A DNA stretch of 62,837 bases, counting the filler, from Aduncisulcus paluster (Eukaryota): the NCBI GenBank assembly GCA_024181965.1. It is 4 parts of 4 records of this genome, joined end to end, with 100 filler letters (N's around TTAATTAATTAA, not from the genome) between each part and the next. Parts side by side here need not be neighbours in the genome. Positions count along the whole stretch, not along the records: positions 26,488 to 41,747 come from BQXS01010007.1; positions 41,848 to 57,192 come from BQXS01010010.1; 2 more parts are not named here. One strand, written 5' to 3'. Position 1 is the first letter of the stretch, and every line of letters starts with the position of its first letter. Positions 32,881 through 41,849 of this stretch are shown in pieces. The translations under genes and the position numbers were made by a program. The notes beneath the pieces are model-generated. The model saw only the letters and a program-made list of their open reading frames with translations. It did not search any database and was not told where the DNA came from.

Positions 32881-33477
32881 ATGACAATCTTTCCAAATAT
32901 TCTGATCACTGGAACCCCCGGAACAGGTAAAACAACGATTGCTAAGAAAGTATGTGAATTAGTGCCTGAATACTCAGTTATTTCTGTTGGAGCTCTTGTT
33001 AAGGAACATGGCTTTCATACTGGACGCGATGAAGAACTTGATACTTTTGTTCTTGATGAAGATCCCCTTTTAGATTTTATGGAGCCTATGATGTCCAAAG
33101 GAGGAATAATTGTTGACCATCATGATCCAGTTATATTCCCTGAACGGTGGTTTGAACTAATTTATGTTATTAGATGTGATTCTACGGAAGTTCATTGGGA
33201 TAGACTGGAGGCTAGAAAATATCATTCATTTAAAATCCAGCAAAATGTTGAAGCAGAGATACACGGGATCATTTCCGATGAAGCTCATGAAAGTTACAAT
33301 CCCAAAATTATATTTGAACTCTTAAATACGACAGAAGGCCATTTAGAAAGGAATGTTGTTGAAATCTCAAGAGAATTGCGAGGAATTGTAATTGAACGTA
33401 AAGAAGAGGATGAAATAATGGATAAAGAAGAAGAAGATGCCCTTAAACCTCGTAAAAAACAGGCGTATGATAAGTGA
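32881..33477 (+). CDS. AK6: Adenylate kinase 6 / Fap7 / hCINAP
   Basis: NILITGTPGTGKTT, LDED.LLD, GGIIVDHH, FPERWF and RL..R.Y...KI..N..AEI are all present. Confidence 0.93.
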   Translation: MTIFPNILITGTPGTGKTTIAKKVCELVPEYSVISVGALVKEHGFHTGRDEELDTFVLDEDPLLDFMEPMMSKGGIIVDHHDPVIFPERWFELIYVIRCDSTEVHWDRLEARKYHSFKIQQNVEAEIHGIISDEAHESYNPKIIFELLNTTEGHLERNVVEISRELRGIVIERKEEDEIMDKEEEDALKPRKKQAYDK

Positions 33478-33794
33478 TACTAATTCCTTTATTCATTCAT
33501 TTATTTCATCATAAAGAACGCATTATTATTGTTTTCAATGATAGTATCTCCATATATTACGTTATACAGACATGTCAATGCAAATGAATTCACTAGGTCA
33601 AATCTGACATTGTCTGGTAATTTTTTGTTTTTATCTTTTTTTTGTGTTGTTTTTTCTCATTTAAAACTCCAAGACAGAATGTTGTTCACAGGTTTATTTA
33701 TCGATCATCTTCAGTGAAGATTCTTCACATAAAAATTTCCTAAAGACTTAGTCTTAGACTGGAAGACTTTGGGCAATTTCAGTTGAATAAAATC

Positions 33795-34368
33795 AATTCT
33801 GAAAAAACCTTGGCAACCGTTAAAATATAAGAGAATAACATTATTTGGAACGAAATTCCTTGAAAAATGAAATTAAAAAACATCAACAAAAAATTGAATA
33901 TAAGAGAATTGATTGATTTTAAAGCAATTGACCAGCTTTGAAAATAATAAACGATCAAATATTGTAAAAAAATGATCAAATTAATATGTAGAACGACTCT
34001 ATTACATTATATTTATATAGAGGACTAAACGATAACGTTGAATAAGAATAAGGTTTCATGATACATGGAATNNNNNNNNNNNNNNNNNNNNAATTCTGAA
34101 AAAACCTTGGCAACCGTTAAAATATAAGAGAATAACATTATTTGGAACGAAATTCCTTGAAAAATGAAATTAAAAAACATCAACAAAAAATTGAATATAA
34201 GAGAATTGATTGATTTTAAAGCAATTGACCAGCTTTGAAAATAATAAACGATCAAATATTGTAAAAAAATGATCAAATTAATATGTAGAACGACTCTATT
34301 ACATTATATTTATATAGAGGACTAAACGATAACGTTGAATAAGAATAAGGTTTCATGATACATGGAAT
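33795..34368. other. Scaffold gap (34072-34091) with a 277-bp duplicated intergenic flank
   Basis: 33795-34071 matches 34092-34368. Confidence 0.88.
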
Positions 34369-34397
34369 CATGAAACGAACACATTAATGAAACAATC

Positions 34398-34398
<1 letters not shown>

Positions 34399-34437
<39 letters not shown>

Positions 34438-34449
34438 GAGAGAGAGAGA
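34399..34449. repeat. (GA)n microsatellite
   Basis: About 25 GA units with one GC interruption, just 3' of the MATE gene. Confidence 0.95.
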
Positions 34450-34476
34450 AGGTGCTATACTTTTCTACTACTGGAT

Positions 34477-36012
34477 CTAATTATTAGCGATAATTTCAGC
34501 ATCATTAGCTCTCTCCTCGGCTCTACCAGACCCCATTTCTTCAGAATCCTCACATTCAATGACCTCTTCCTTTGACTTTGAAATATAATGAGCTATTTTG
34601 CAAGGAAGCAAGACAAAAGTACTGATCAACATCACAAAATGGAATCCAAACATGACATATTTGAACCCTTTGACATCGTCAAAGGCGGCGGGGATTGCAT
34701 AGACACACAAAATCATTCCAACCCAGCCCACACATGCAATGTACAACTGGAATTTACCACTCCTCTCGGACTGATATATGGAGAACATTGTCATCACAAT
34801 ACAACAAAAGAATAGAGGAATAGTGGTTATTCTAGCCATGTAGGTAAGGATATCCTCCATCTCTGTTGTAGTGGCAAACAAAGAAGCAATGGGACGGGCA
34901 AAGGATAGGATAATAAGACACAAGACCCATGAGAACACAAGAAGAGTCAAGAAGGCCTTCCAGATTGTCTCCCAGCAACGTTTCCAGTTTTTAGAACCAA
35001 TGTTAAACCCAAGAATAGTCGGGATGCTCCCAGCAATGCCCTGGGAGGGAAGGAAGATCATGTTTGAGAGCCTACAAGAAGACCCATAGGCAGCAATCCA
35101 CATCATAGTTTCTGTCTCATTCTGGGTGTATTTGGCAATGTTATTAGAGGCAAGAATACCTCCAATTGCATTATTACATCCGAATAAGTAATTTGGCAAC
35201 GCCATTCCGGCAATCTTGGCGAGGGCCTCCTTGTCAGTGGGAGCTTTCAGGACATCCTTCGATAAACGCACGGTAACTTTGCTATCAGCACGAATATAAA
35301 TCCATATACCAACCAAAAGACCAGCGAAGTTAGAGACAACCGTGGATAATCCAGCTCCGAAGGCACCCATATCAAAAGCCTTCATGAACAAAGGATCTCC
35401 ACCAAGATTCAAGATAGGGGGAACTATTTGAATAATCATAGATGTAAGAGCAAGATTTTCAGCCCTAAAAATGATTGAAAACCCAACAATAAAATAACAC
35501 AGACCAGAACCAGCAATCACAATGACAGCATAATCGTATGTTTCCTCATATACGATATCCTCGACACCAACAAGGGGAAGAATCTGTGGAAGTAGTGGAA
35601 TAGCGATAACTGGAACAAGAACAGTCCAAAAGCAACCAAACACGATGAAATAAAGCAATGTCTTCTTAGCACGCATTTCATTCCCTTCTCCAAGGGCATG
35701 TGAGATGACTGCTCCACTTGCAACACCAACAGAAACACCCATTTGCAATGAAACAAGCCACTCAAAAAAGAGAAAGGCTGAAACTCCACCCAGAATGGTT
35801 TCATTAGTAAATGATCCAATAAAAACACTATCAAGAATTTCATAGATGGTAGTAGCAATAAAAGAAATCACTGAAGCAAAAGAAAGACGAACAATGAGTG
35901 GTAGAATTGGATGAGAAGATAAATGCTCAATATGCTCCCTATTTTCCTTTTCTTGTCCAGAATCATACTCCACAATTCTATTTTCCTTTAATTCAGTCTG
36001 GGTAGAAGTCAT
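34477..36012 (-). CDS. MATE-family multidrug/toxin efflux transporter
   Basis: About 12 hydrophobic segments with PILPLIVRLS, YEILDSVFIG, ILNLGGDPLF...DMGAFGAGLST and GFNIGSKNWKR; first ATG at 36012. Confidence 0.9.
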   Translation of the reverse strand: MTSTQTELKENRIVEYDSGQEKENREHIEHLSSHPILPLIVRLSFASVISFIATTIYEILDSVFIGSFTNETILGGVSAFLFFEWLVSLQMGVSVGVASGAVISHALGEGNEMRAKKTLLYFIVFGCFWTVLVPVIAIPLLPQILPLVGVEDIVYEETYDYAVIVIAGSGLCYFIVGFSIIFRAENLALTSMIIQIVPPILNLGGDPLFMKAFDMGAFGAGLSTVVSNFAGLLVGIWIYIRADSKVTVRLSKDVLKAPTDKEALAKIAGMALPNYLFGCNNAIGGILASNNIAKYTQNETETMMWIAAYGSSCRLSNMIFLPSQGIAGSIPTILGFNIGSKNWKRCWETIWKAFLTLLVFSWVLCLIILSFARPIASLFATTTEMEDILTYMARITTIPLFFCCIVMTMFSIYQSERSGKFQLYIACVGWVGMILCVYAIPAAFDDVKGFKYVMFGFHFVMLISTFVLLPCKIAHYISKSKEEVIECEDSEEMGSGRAEERANDAEIIANN

Positions 36013-36276
36013 CACAACTCGCCTATGACGAGAAAATAATCGTTATTTTTTTGGAGCTTCAATCACTCAGACTGAGTGAATCAGTGATCAGGCTGTAATT
36101 TGTTGATATTTTTGTTCCATTCATGATAATATAAACCAATAAATTGTTGGGTATTATAAAAATAATTATTTTTATTTTATAGACAGGAAAATGCAGGCCC
36201 TAATCAAAATAAGTTTCTGAGACAAATATTCGTATTGAAATCAATAAAAATGAACAAAACTACAAAGAATAACCGT

Positions 36277-38448
36277 CTATAACTCTTTCAAAAAATTTTG
36301 CAGGGAAGATATGGGACTCCGTGGAGAATCACCAGCTATGGGAGACATTTCTGTTTCAATATACTTACTAAGCTCCCCTTCTCCACCACTTTCCTCTCTA
36401 ATTTCATCTTTAACAACAACTGTAGATGAAAGGTGACGATGATCCCACTCTTTCTCATTGAAGTTTCTCAAAACATCTTTAAGCTCATATCTCGCCATCG
36501 ACAATGTTGGAAGAGGCCTTGTTGAGGATGACGATGTGGGTCTAAACTTTCCAATGGGGCCAGGAGACACTGATTTCTGAACATAACTATTACTTGGATG
36601 TGGGTGGGAATATGAATAGTCGTGAGCTCTGGTACTTTCCTTTAGATGACTCGCTGAGAGGACTGGATCACGATATCTTGGGTACAATGAAGATGATTTA
36701 GAATACTCTTCTTCTCTTCTCTTCTCGTCTTCTTTCCTTCTTTCTTCCTCTTCACGTCTCCTCTTCTCCTCTTCTCTTTTTCTAGCGGCTCTCCGGCGTT
36801 CTTCTTCTTCCTCTTCACGTCTCCTCTTATCTTCTTCTCTCCTTCTCCTCTTCCTTCTCTCCTCTTCCTCCCTTCTTCTTTCTTCCTCCCTTCTTCTTTC
36901 TTCCTCTCTTCTTCTTTCTTCTTGCTCCTTTTGTAAATTATTAGAAAGTAAAATGGGATGTATATTTCTCGTTTCTTGCCAACGGACTGATTTTCTCTTC
37001 ATTCTTTCTTCCCGATATTTCTTCCTCCTCTCTTCTTCTTCTTTTCTCCTTTCTTCTGTTAATTTCCTTCTTTCCTCTTGTCGTATTCTTTCTTCTTCTG
37101 CTTTTCTCCTTTCTTCCTCTTTTCTTTTCGCTTCCTCTTTTTGCATCCTCTCTTCCATCTTCCTCCTCTCCTCTTCGCGAATTCTTTCCTCCTCTTCTCT
37201 TCTTCTCTCTTCTTCTTTTTGTTTCTCCTCTTCTTTTCTTCGCTCTTCTTCTCTTCTCCTCTGTTTTTCCTTTTCTTCTTCTCTTATTCTCTCTTCAAAT
37301 TTCATTCTTTCTTCCGCTCTTATTCTTTCTATCTCTTTCTTCCTCTCCTCCTCTCTCCTCTTCTCTTCTTCTCTCCTCTTCTCTTCCTCTTCTTTCTCTC
37401 TTCTTCTCTCTTCCTCTTTTCTTCTCTCCTCTTCTCTTCTCTTCTCTTTTTCATTTTCTTTCTCATGAATTTGTTCTAATTTTAGATTTAGTTTCTCATA
37501 TTGCAACAGAACTGCTTGCATCGATTCTTCAAGCTTTGTTATCCTTTGACGGTCATCTCTTATTCTTTCCTCCTCTTTGATTCGTCTGTCATCAACCAAT
37601 TGTTTCTCACGATCTATTTTGGCCGTAGCTTCTTCGACTCCGGAAGATATTTTCACGACTTTCTCAGATAATTGATGGTATCTGCCAACTAATTCTTCCC
37701 ATGAGCTTTCCAGCGTAGTTATTCTCTTCCTATTTTCTTCCTCTCTTTCCGAATATTCTCGATATTTTTGTAGTGTATCAGCTTTAAATTCTTTGAAAGT
37801 TTTCTTCACCCCTCGGACATCCAATTGCATTGAGGCCACAGTCTTGTCATGAAGATGAACAGACGGAGTTATGATAGGATTGTTGAGTTTTGATGTGAAT
37901 TGAGCTCTCTCGCGGCTCAGTTTTTGCTGATCCAATTTCTTTTTGAAGAGCTCAAATTCTCTCTCTTTATCCTCATCAATGGCAAGAGATGTCACGGTAG
38001 TTCTATAAGGTTTTCCGAACGTTATGCTACCTCCTGCTCCTCTGACTGCGGCTAAATTGTTTTTATGGAGACTCGAAGAGGGCAAAGAAGTAGAAGAGAG
38101 AGAGGAGGTGGCTGTGCTGGAAGACCTCGAAAAGGGGGAGGATATATTGCTAAGATTCAATATGCTGCGGGGCAAAAAAGATGAATTCTTGGTCGGTTGA
38201 ATATAAGAAGTTGTGAGAGAAGGTTTGAACTTATTGGAGAGAAATGAGGTTGGAATAGGAGGGCGAGAAGTCGAGGGTAAAGGTTTCTCTGGTGCTATTT
38301 GTCGTAATTTTGAAACAATGCGCTCCATTCGTCTTGGATCTTCAAAAGGTTCTCGAGACGACCCATGACTCGTTTTAGAAGCATTCTTTGCTATTTGAGG
38401 AGTATCTGGCTGATGAATTTTATCTAATGGTACAAAAGACGCATCCAT
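36277..38448 (-). CDS. Coiled-coil protein with a long ER/K single-alpha-helix region
   Basis: 723-aa ORF with ~250 residues of EEERRK-type repeats. Confidence 0.8.
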   Translation of the reverse strand: MDASFVPLDKIHQPDTPQIAKNASKTSHGSSREPFEDPRRMERIVSKLRQIAPEKPLPSTSRPPIPTSFLSNKFKPSLTTSYIQPTKNSSFLPRSILNLSNISSPFSRSSSTATSSLSSTSLPSSSLHKNNLAAVRGAGGSITFGKPYRTTVTSLAIDEDKEREFELFKKKLDQQKLSRERAQFTSKLNNPIITPSVHLHDKTVASMQLDVRGVKKTFKEFKADTLQKYREYSEREEENRKRITTLESSWEELVGRYHQLSEKVVKISSGVEEATAKIDREKQLVDDRRIKEEERIRDDRQRITKLEESMQAVLLQYEKLNLKLEQIHEKENEKEKRREEERRKEEERRREKEEEEKRREEEKRREEERKKEIERIRAEERMKFEERIREEEKEKQRRREEERRKEEEKQKEEERRREEEERIREEERRKMEERMQKEEAKRKEEERRKAEEERIRQEERRKLTEERRKEEEERRKKYREERMKRKSVRWQETRNIHPILLSNNLQKEQEERRREEERRREEERRREEEERRKRRRREEDKRRREEEEEERRRAARKREEEKRRREEEERRKEDEKRREEEYSKSSSLYPRYRDPVLSASHLKESTRAHDYSYSHPHPSNSYVQKSVSPGPIGKFRPTSSSSTRPLPTLSMARYELKDVLRNFNEKEWDHRHLSSTVVVKDEIREESGGEGELSKYIETEMSPIAGDSPRSPISSLQNFLKEL

Positions 38449-38798
38449 TGTCCGATGTTTCGCTATATTAATAATATTTTATCACGAAAATGGAAATTGG
38501 AGAAAAATATGATTAGAGTTTGGGAATTTTCTTTTCAAATACAAAGCAACAAAAGATATAAGCATAAATACATACTTGATTCCATAAATATTGAAATCGG
38601 ATGTTATTTGCGTATACAAATTCGGACATTTGAAATTCAAGTGGCTAGTTTGAATTATCCAATCTTGTAAATTTTGTGAAAGACTAAATAAGCTATAATA
38701 AAACTAATTATGTACAATAAAAATTACTTACCAAAAGGTTCTCACAAGCTAGGGCATGCTGATGATTTTGTCCAAATAGCGAAAAGAAAATTCAACAA

Positions 38799-41039
38799 AT
38801 GAATCTTAACATTTTTATTTTGATTTGTATATTATGTTTCTCTTCTGTTCTATGTGGTAGAAAAGGTTCTTCATCCAATCTGTCTGCACACTCCTTACGT
38901 GCCATTCCTCTCATTGAAGTCATTGAATCATCTGATAAAATCAATGAATTCAGATTTTCAGATGAGGCAAAGGAGTTTATCCAATCAATTAGTTCCCCCA
39001 TAGCCGTGATCACTCCGTTAGGAAATCAAAGATGTGGTAAGAGTTATATGATGAATCAATTGGGTGGATTATCCGAATTAAAGCTGAAAAAAGAACTAAT
39101 GGAATCAATTGATGACTCTGATATTGAATTGTTTGCTGTTCTTGATAGTGTCAAACCTGTTACAAGAGGTGTATGGGTATTTGGAACTCCCGTTTGCTTT
39201 AAATCGGATGCCTCAGTTTCTCCATTTGAAGATTGTGATCCTGATAATGATGTCCCCGTTCTTCTCCTCGATACTGAAGGTGGGGATTCTACTGAGCGTG
39301 GAAATGGTTTTGACAAGGCCTTGTTCACTCTTTCTCTTTCAATTTCTTCAATTATTCTTTATAATAGTGATTTTATTGTTAATTCTTCTGAAGTTGATAA
39401 AATTGAGATCATTTCCTTGTTGAGTTCAAATATCTTCCACTCCGTGTCATCAGCATCAACTAATAATAATTCTGAACATTCATTCCTGGTTCCCGACTTT
39501 ATTTGGACAATCCAGAAGAGTTTTTTACAATGGAATGAAGAAGTACTCGTCGAGCGCAAAGAATACCTGTTGAATGAACTAGAGGAAGTTTCTCATAATT
39601 TCCATTCAATGGACATTCAAATATTTCCACCAGCCACATCTGATACCCAATATTGGGGGAAACTCTCTAATATTCCACAGGAAGAGCTCTCTCCTCTATA
39701 CATAGCCTCCATTGAGAAACTCCGAAAGTCTATTTTTGACATCGTCAGTGAACGTGCAAAATATGGAGATTTATTTATCAGCGGCCGTTTTCTATCCCAA
39801 TTCATTGATTCTTTCGTGTCAGCTCTGAACAAGACCGATATTCCCGACTCTGTTCCATATTTAGATGCTCTTCGGATCACTGTTGTTAAAAATGCTGTTG
39901 AGGATTATGTTCAATACATGGAAAAAATTGATTTCCCCATATTTGATGATGAGTTTGAGCAGGCCCATCTTGCAGCTCTCGAAGTGGCTAAAGTCGAGTT
40001 ATCTAGTCCCATTTTTGGAGCCTATGGTCAAGATAAAGATCTGATGGACATGTTTGAAAAGGCTATCGAGCAAGAGAAGAAAGAGTTCGATGATGCCAAC
40101 ATTGTGGCCGCGTTCAAGCAATGTGGAGTTGTGTCCCGTGAATGCATTAATAACATATCGTCCTTAATTGCTTCCCACACTCCCGAATCTCCTGTTACTA
40201 TTCGTGGCTACGAGAATGAACTCAAGAAATGTGTGTATCAATTCACAAGCCAGTGCCAGGGTCCCATCGAAATGGTTCTCTCTGCCAGATACAATATCCA
40301 AAACGGTCTCTCCGTTCAACAAAACCACATGAATACGACATATCTCTCCGGAATGGTCAAAAGTATGTTCTTTACGGGTCTGATGTTGCTCGTTGGCATT
40401 GTTTTCGTGTGGATCCTCCCTCTTGCTGGTGGAATTGCCCTTAAAAAGAGCTGCATTGGTACAATATTAACCATATTCAGAGTTATCTTGGTGGTATTTT
40501 GTGTTGCTACCTTCCTGATGCTCGCTTATGTATACTTTGGAAGACCTCATCTCATGGATCATGTTGATGACACTGTTGTCGTGCCCGAAGATGCCTCATA
40601 TTCAACAATATCCTTGACAAATGGCCCCTATGCCTCCATTTCTCTCACTGGTAACAATGCATTCCTTACTGTTCTTCGTATTTATGAGTCTACGATCGGT
40701 GGATCTCGTCTTGTGATCGTGTTGACCCTCCTCGGTGCACCATTGTTGCTTGTCGTGGTTGGCATCATCACTGGAGAGAAGGTAACACCCACCAATAAGA
40801 ATAGATTGAGCAATACACGTGCGTTACAGGCTGCGCAGAAAGGAGCCGAGAACATGTTGAGAAGAAAGCTTCAAGAACATGTTACTACAACGATTGGAGG
40901 AACAAAACCCAAGAGGGAAGGCAAGAATGTGAGAACTGTTCAGGTTAAGGATGAAGTTGATTCTGAGAGTGACGAAGAATATTCACAACAAGCCAAAATT
41001 ATGACAAGCAGTAAGGTTTTATCTCCTCAAAGGAAGTGA
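38799..41039 (+). CDS. Guanylate-binding protein/atlastin-family GTPase with N-terminal signal peptide and C-terminal TM helices
   Basis: G1 GNQRCGKS, G2 TRGVW, G3 LLDTEG, LSLSISSIILYNS and PDFIWTIQ; hydrophobic N-terminal 19 aa; three hydrophobic segments near the C-terminus. Confidence 0.88.
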   Translation: MNLNIFILICILCFSSVLCGRKGSSSNLSAHSLRAIPLIEVIESSDKINEFRFSDEAKEFIQSISSPIAVITPLGNQRCGKSYMMNQLGGLSELKLKKELMESIDDSDIELFAVLDSVKPVTRGVWVFGTPVCFKSDASVSPFEDCDPDNDVPVLLLDTEGGDSTERGNGFDKALFTLSLSISSIILYNSDFIVNSSEVDKIEIISLLSSNIFHSVSSASTNNNSEHSFLVPDFIWTIQKSFLQWNEEVLVERKEYLLNELEEVSHNFHSMDIQIFPPATSDTQYWGKLSNIPQEELSPLYIASIEKLRKSIFDIVSERAKYGDLFISGRFLSQFIDSFVSALNKTDIPDSVPYLDALRITVVKNAVEDYVQYMEKIDFPIFDDEFEQAHLAALEVAKVELSSPIFGAYGQDKDLMDMFEKAIEQEKKEFDDANIVAAFKQCGVVSRECINNISSLIASHTPESPVTIRGYENELKKCVYQFTSQCQGPIEMVLSARYNIQNGLSVQQNHMNTTYLSGMVKSMFFTGLMLLVGIVFVWILPLAGGIALKKSCIGTILTIFRVILVVFCVATFLMLAYVYFGRPHLMDHVDDTVVVPEDASYSTISLTNGPYASISLTGNNAFLTVLRIYESTIGGSRLVIVLTLLGAPLLLVVVGIITGEKVTPTNKNRLSNTRALQAAQKGAENMLRRKLQEHVTTTIGGTKPKREGKNVRTVQVKDEVDSESDEEYSQQAKIMTSSKVLSPQRK

Positions 41040-41290
41040 ATCTGCTTTTAGTATTTTACTCCAATATTTATCATTTTCCCCCCACCTTTATATCTGACCT
41101 CCTATGATATTATGAAATGATGTTGATCATTTGTGATATTATATGAATTAGTTATTTTCCATGGCTTTGAATGAGGTTGAACGATCCTCCATATCCTGTT
41201 CTATACAATACTATATGAATCAAAGATAGACTGCATACAAGCCTGGAAGCAGTGGATTCAACTCCACTTGGGCAAAAACGAAACTCAAGG

Positions 41291-41747
41291 TTATTCTTCC
41301 TCTTCGCCATGTTCAGCAATAAATATTATCCGAATAGCAATGGCATTCCCATCATCATCCCTCACGAGAAAAGCTGGGTAACAGCCATCTCCCCATCCAC
41401 TCTGACAGAACCATCCACCAGGTACACTCCCATCCTCCATGTGCTTGATTGTGTCGTAATCAACATCACCGAACTCACCTTTGCACACGAATCGTCCGAG
41501 ATTACCCTCAGATAAACCAGTAATGTCGATGTATTCTTTCTTCTTTTCAAACATTGATTTGATGAAGAAACCATCACGTGCAGTCTCAGCACCAACACCA
41601 CGGTGGAATTGTTTCCATCCTGCCCCATTCACCCCTCCTTCAATGACTCTATCGAACACAGATTCTGACGTGGCTTCAGCAGGCATGTCAAGGCCATACA
41701 GAGGCTTCAGACCAGGTGTGAATGCATACATTGGATCGTCAACAATG
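41291..41747 (-). CDS. DUF4241-like protein, 5'-truncated by contig end
   Basis: C-terminal SGWGDGCYPAFLVRDDDGNAIAIRIIF motif; the frame is open to the spacer (IVDDPMY). Confidence 0.62.
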
Positions 41748-41847
41748 NNNNNNNNNNNNNNNNNNNNNNNNNNNNNNNNNNNNNNNNNNNNTTAATTAAT
41801 TAANNNNNNNNNNNNNNNNNNNNNNNNNNNNNNNNNNNNNNNNNNNN
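41748..41847. other. Artificial contig spacer
   Basis: N-TTAATTAATTAA-N, 100 nt. Confidence 0.97.
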
Positions 41848-41849
41848 AA

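Noticed and set aside
41033..41041. Giardia-type AGTRAAY polyadenylation signal overlapping the stop codon
   Set aside because: Matches at this gene only and is not consistent across the other 3' ends.
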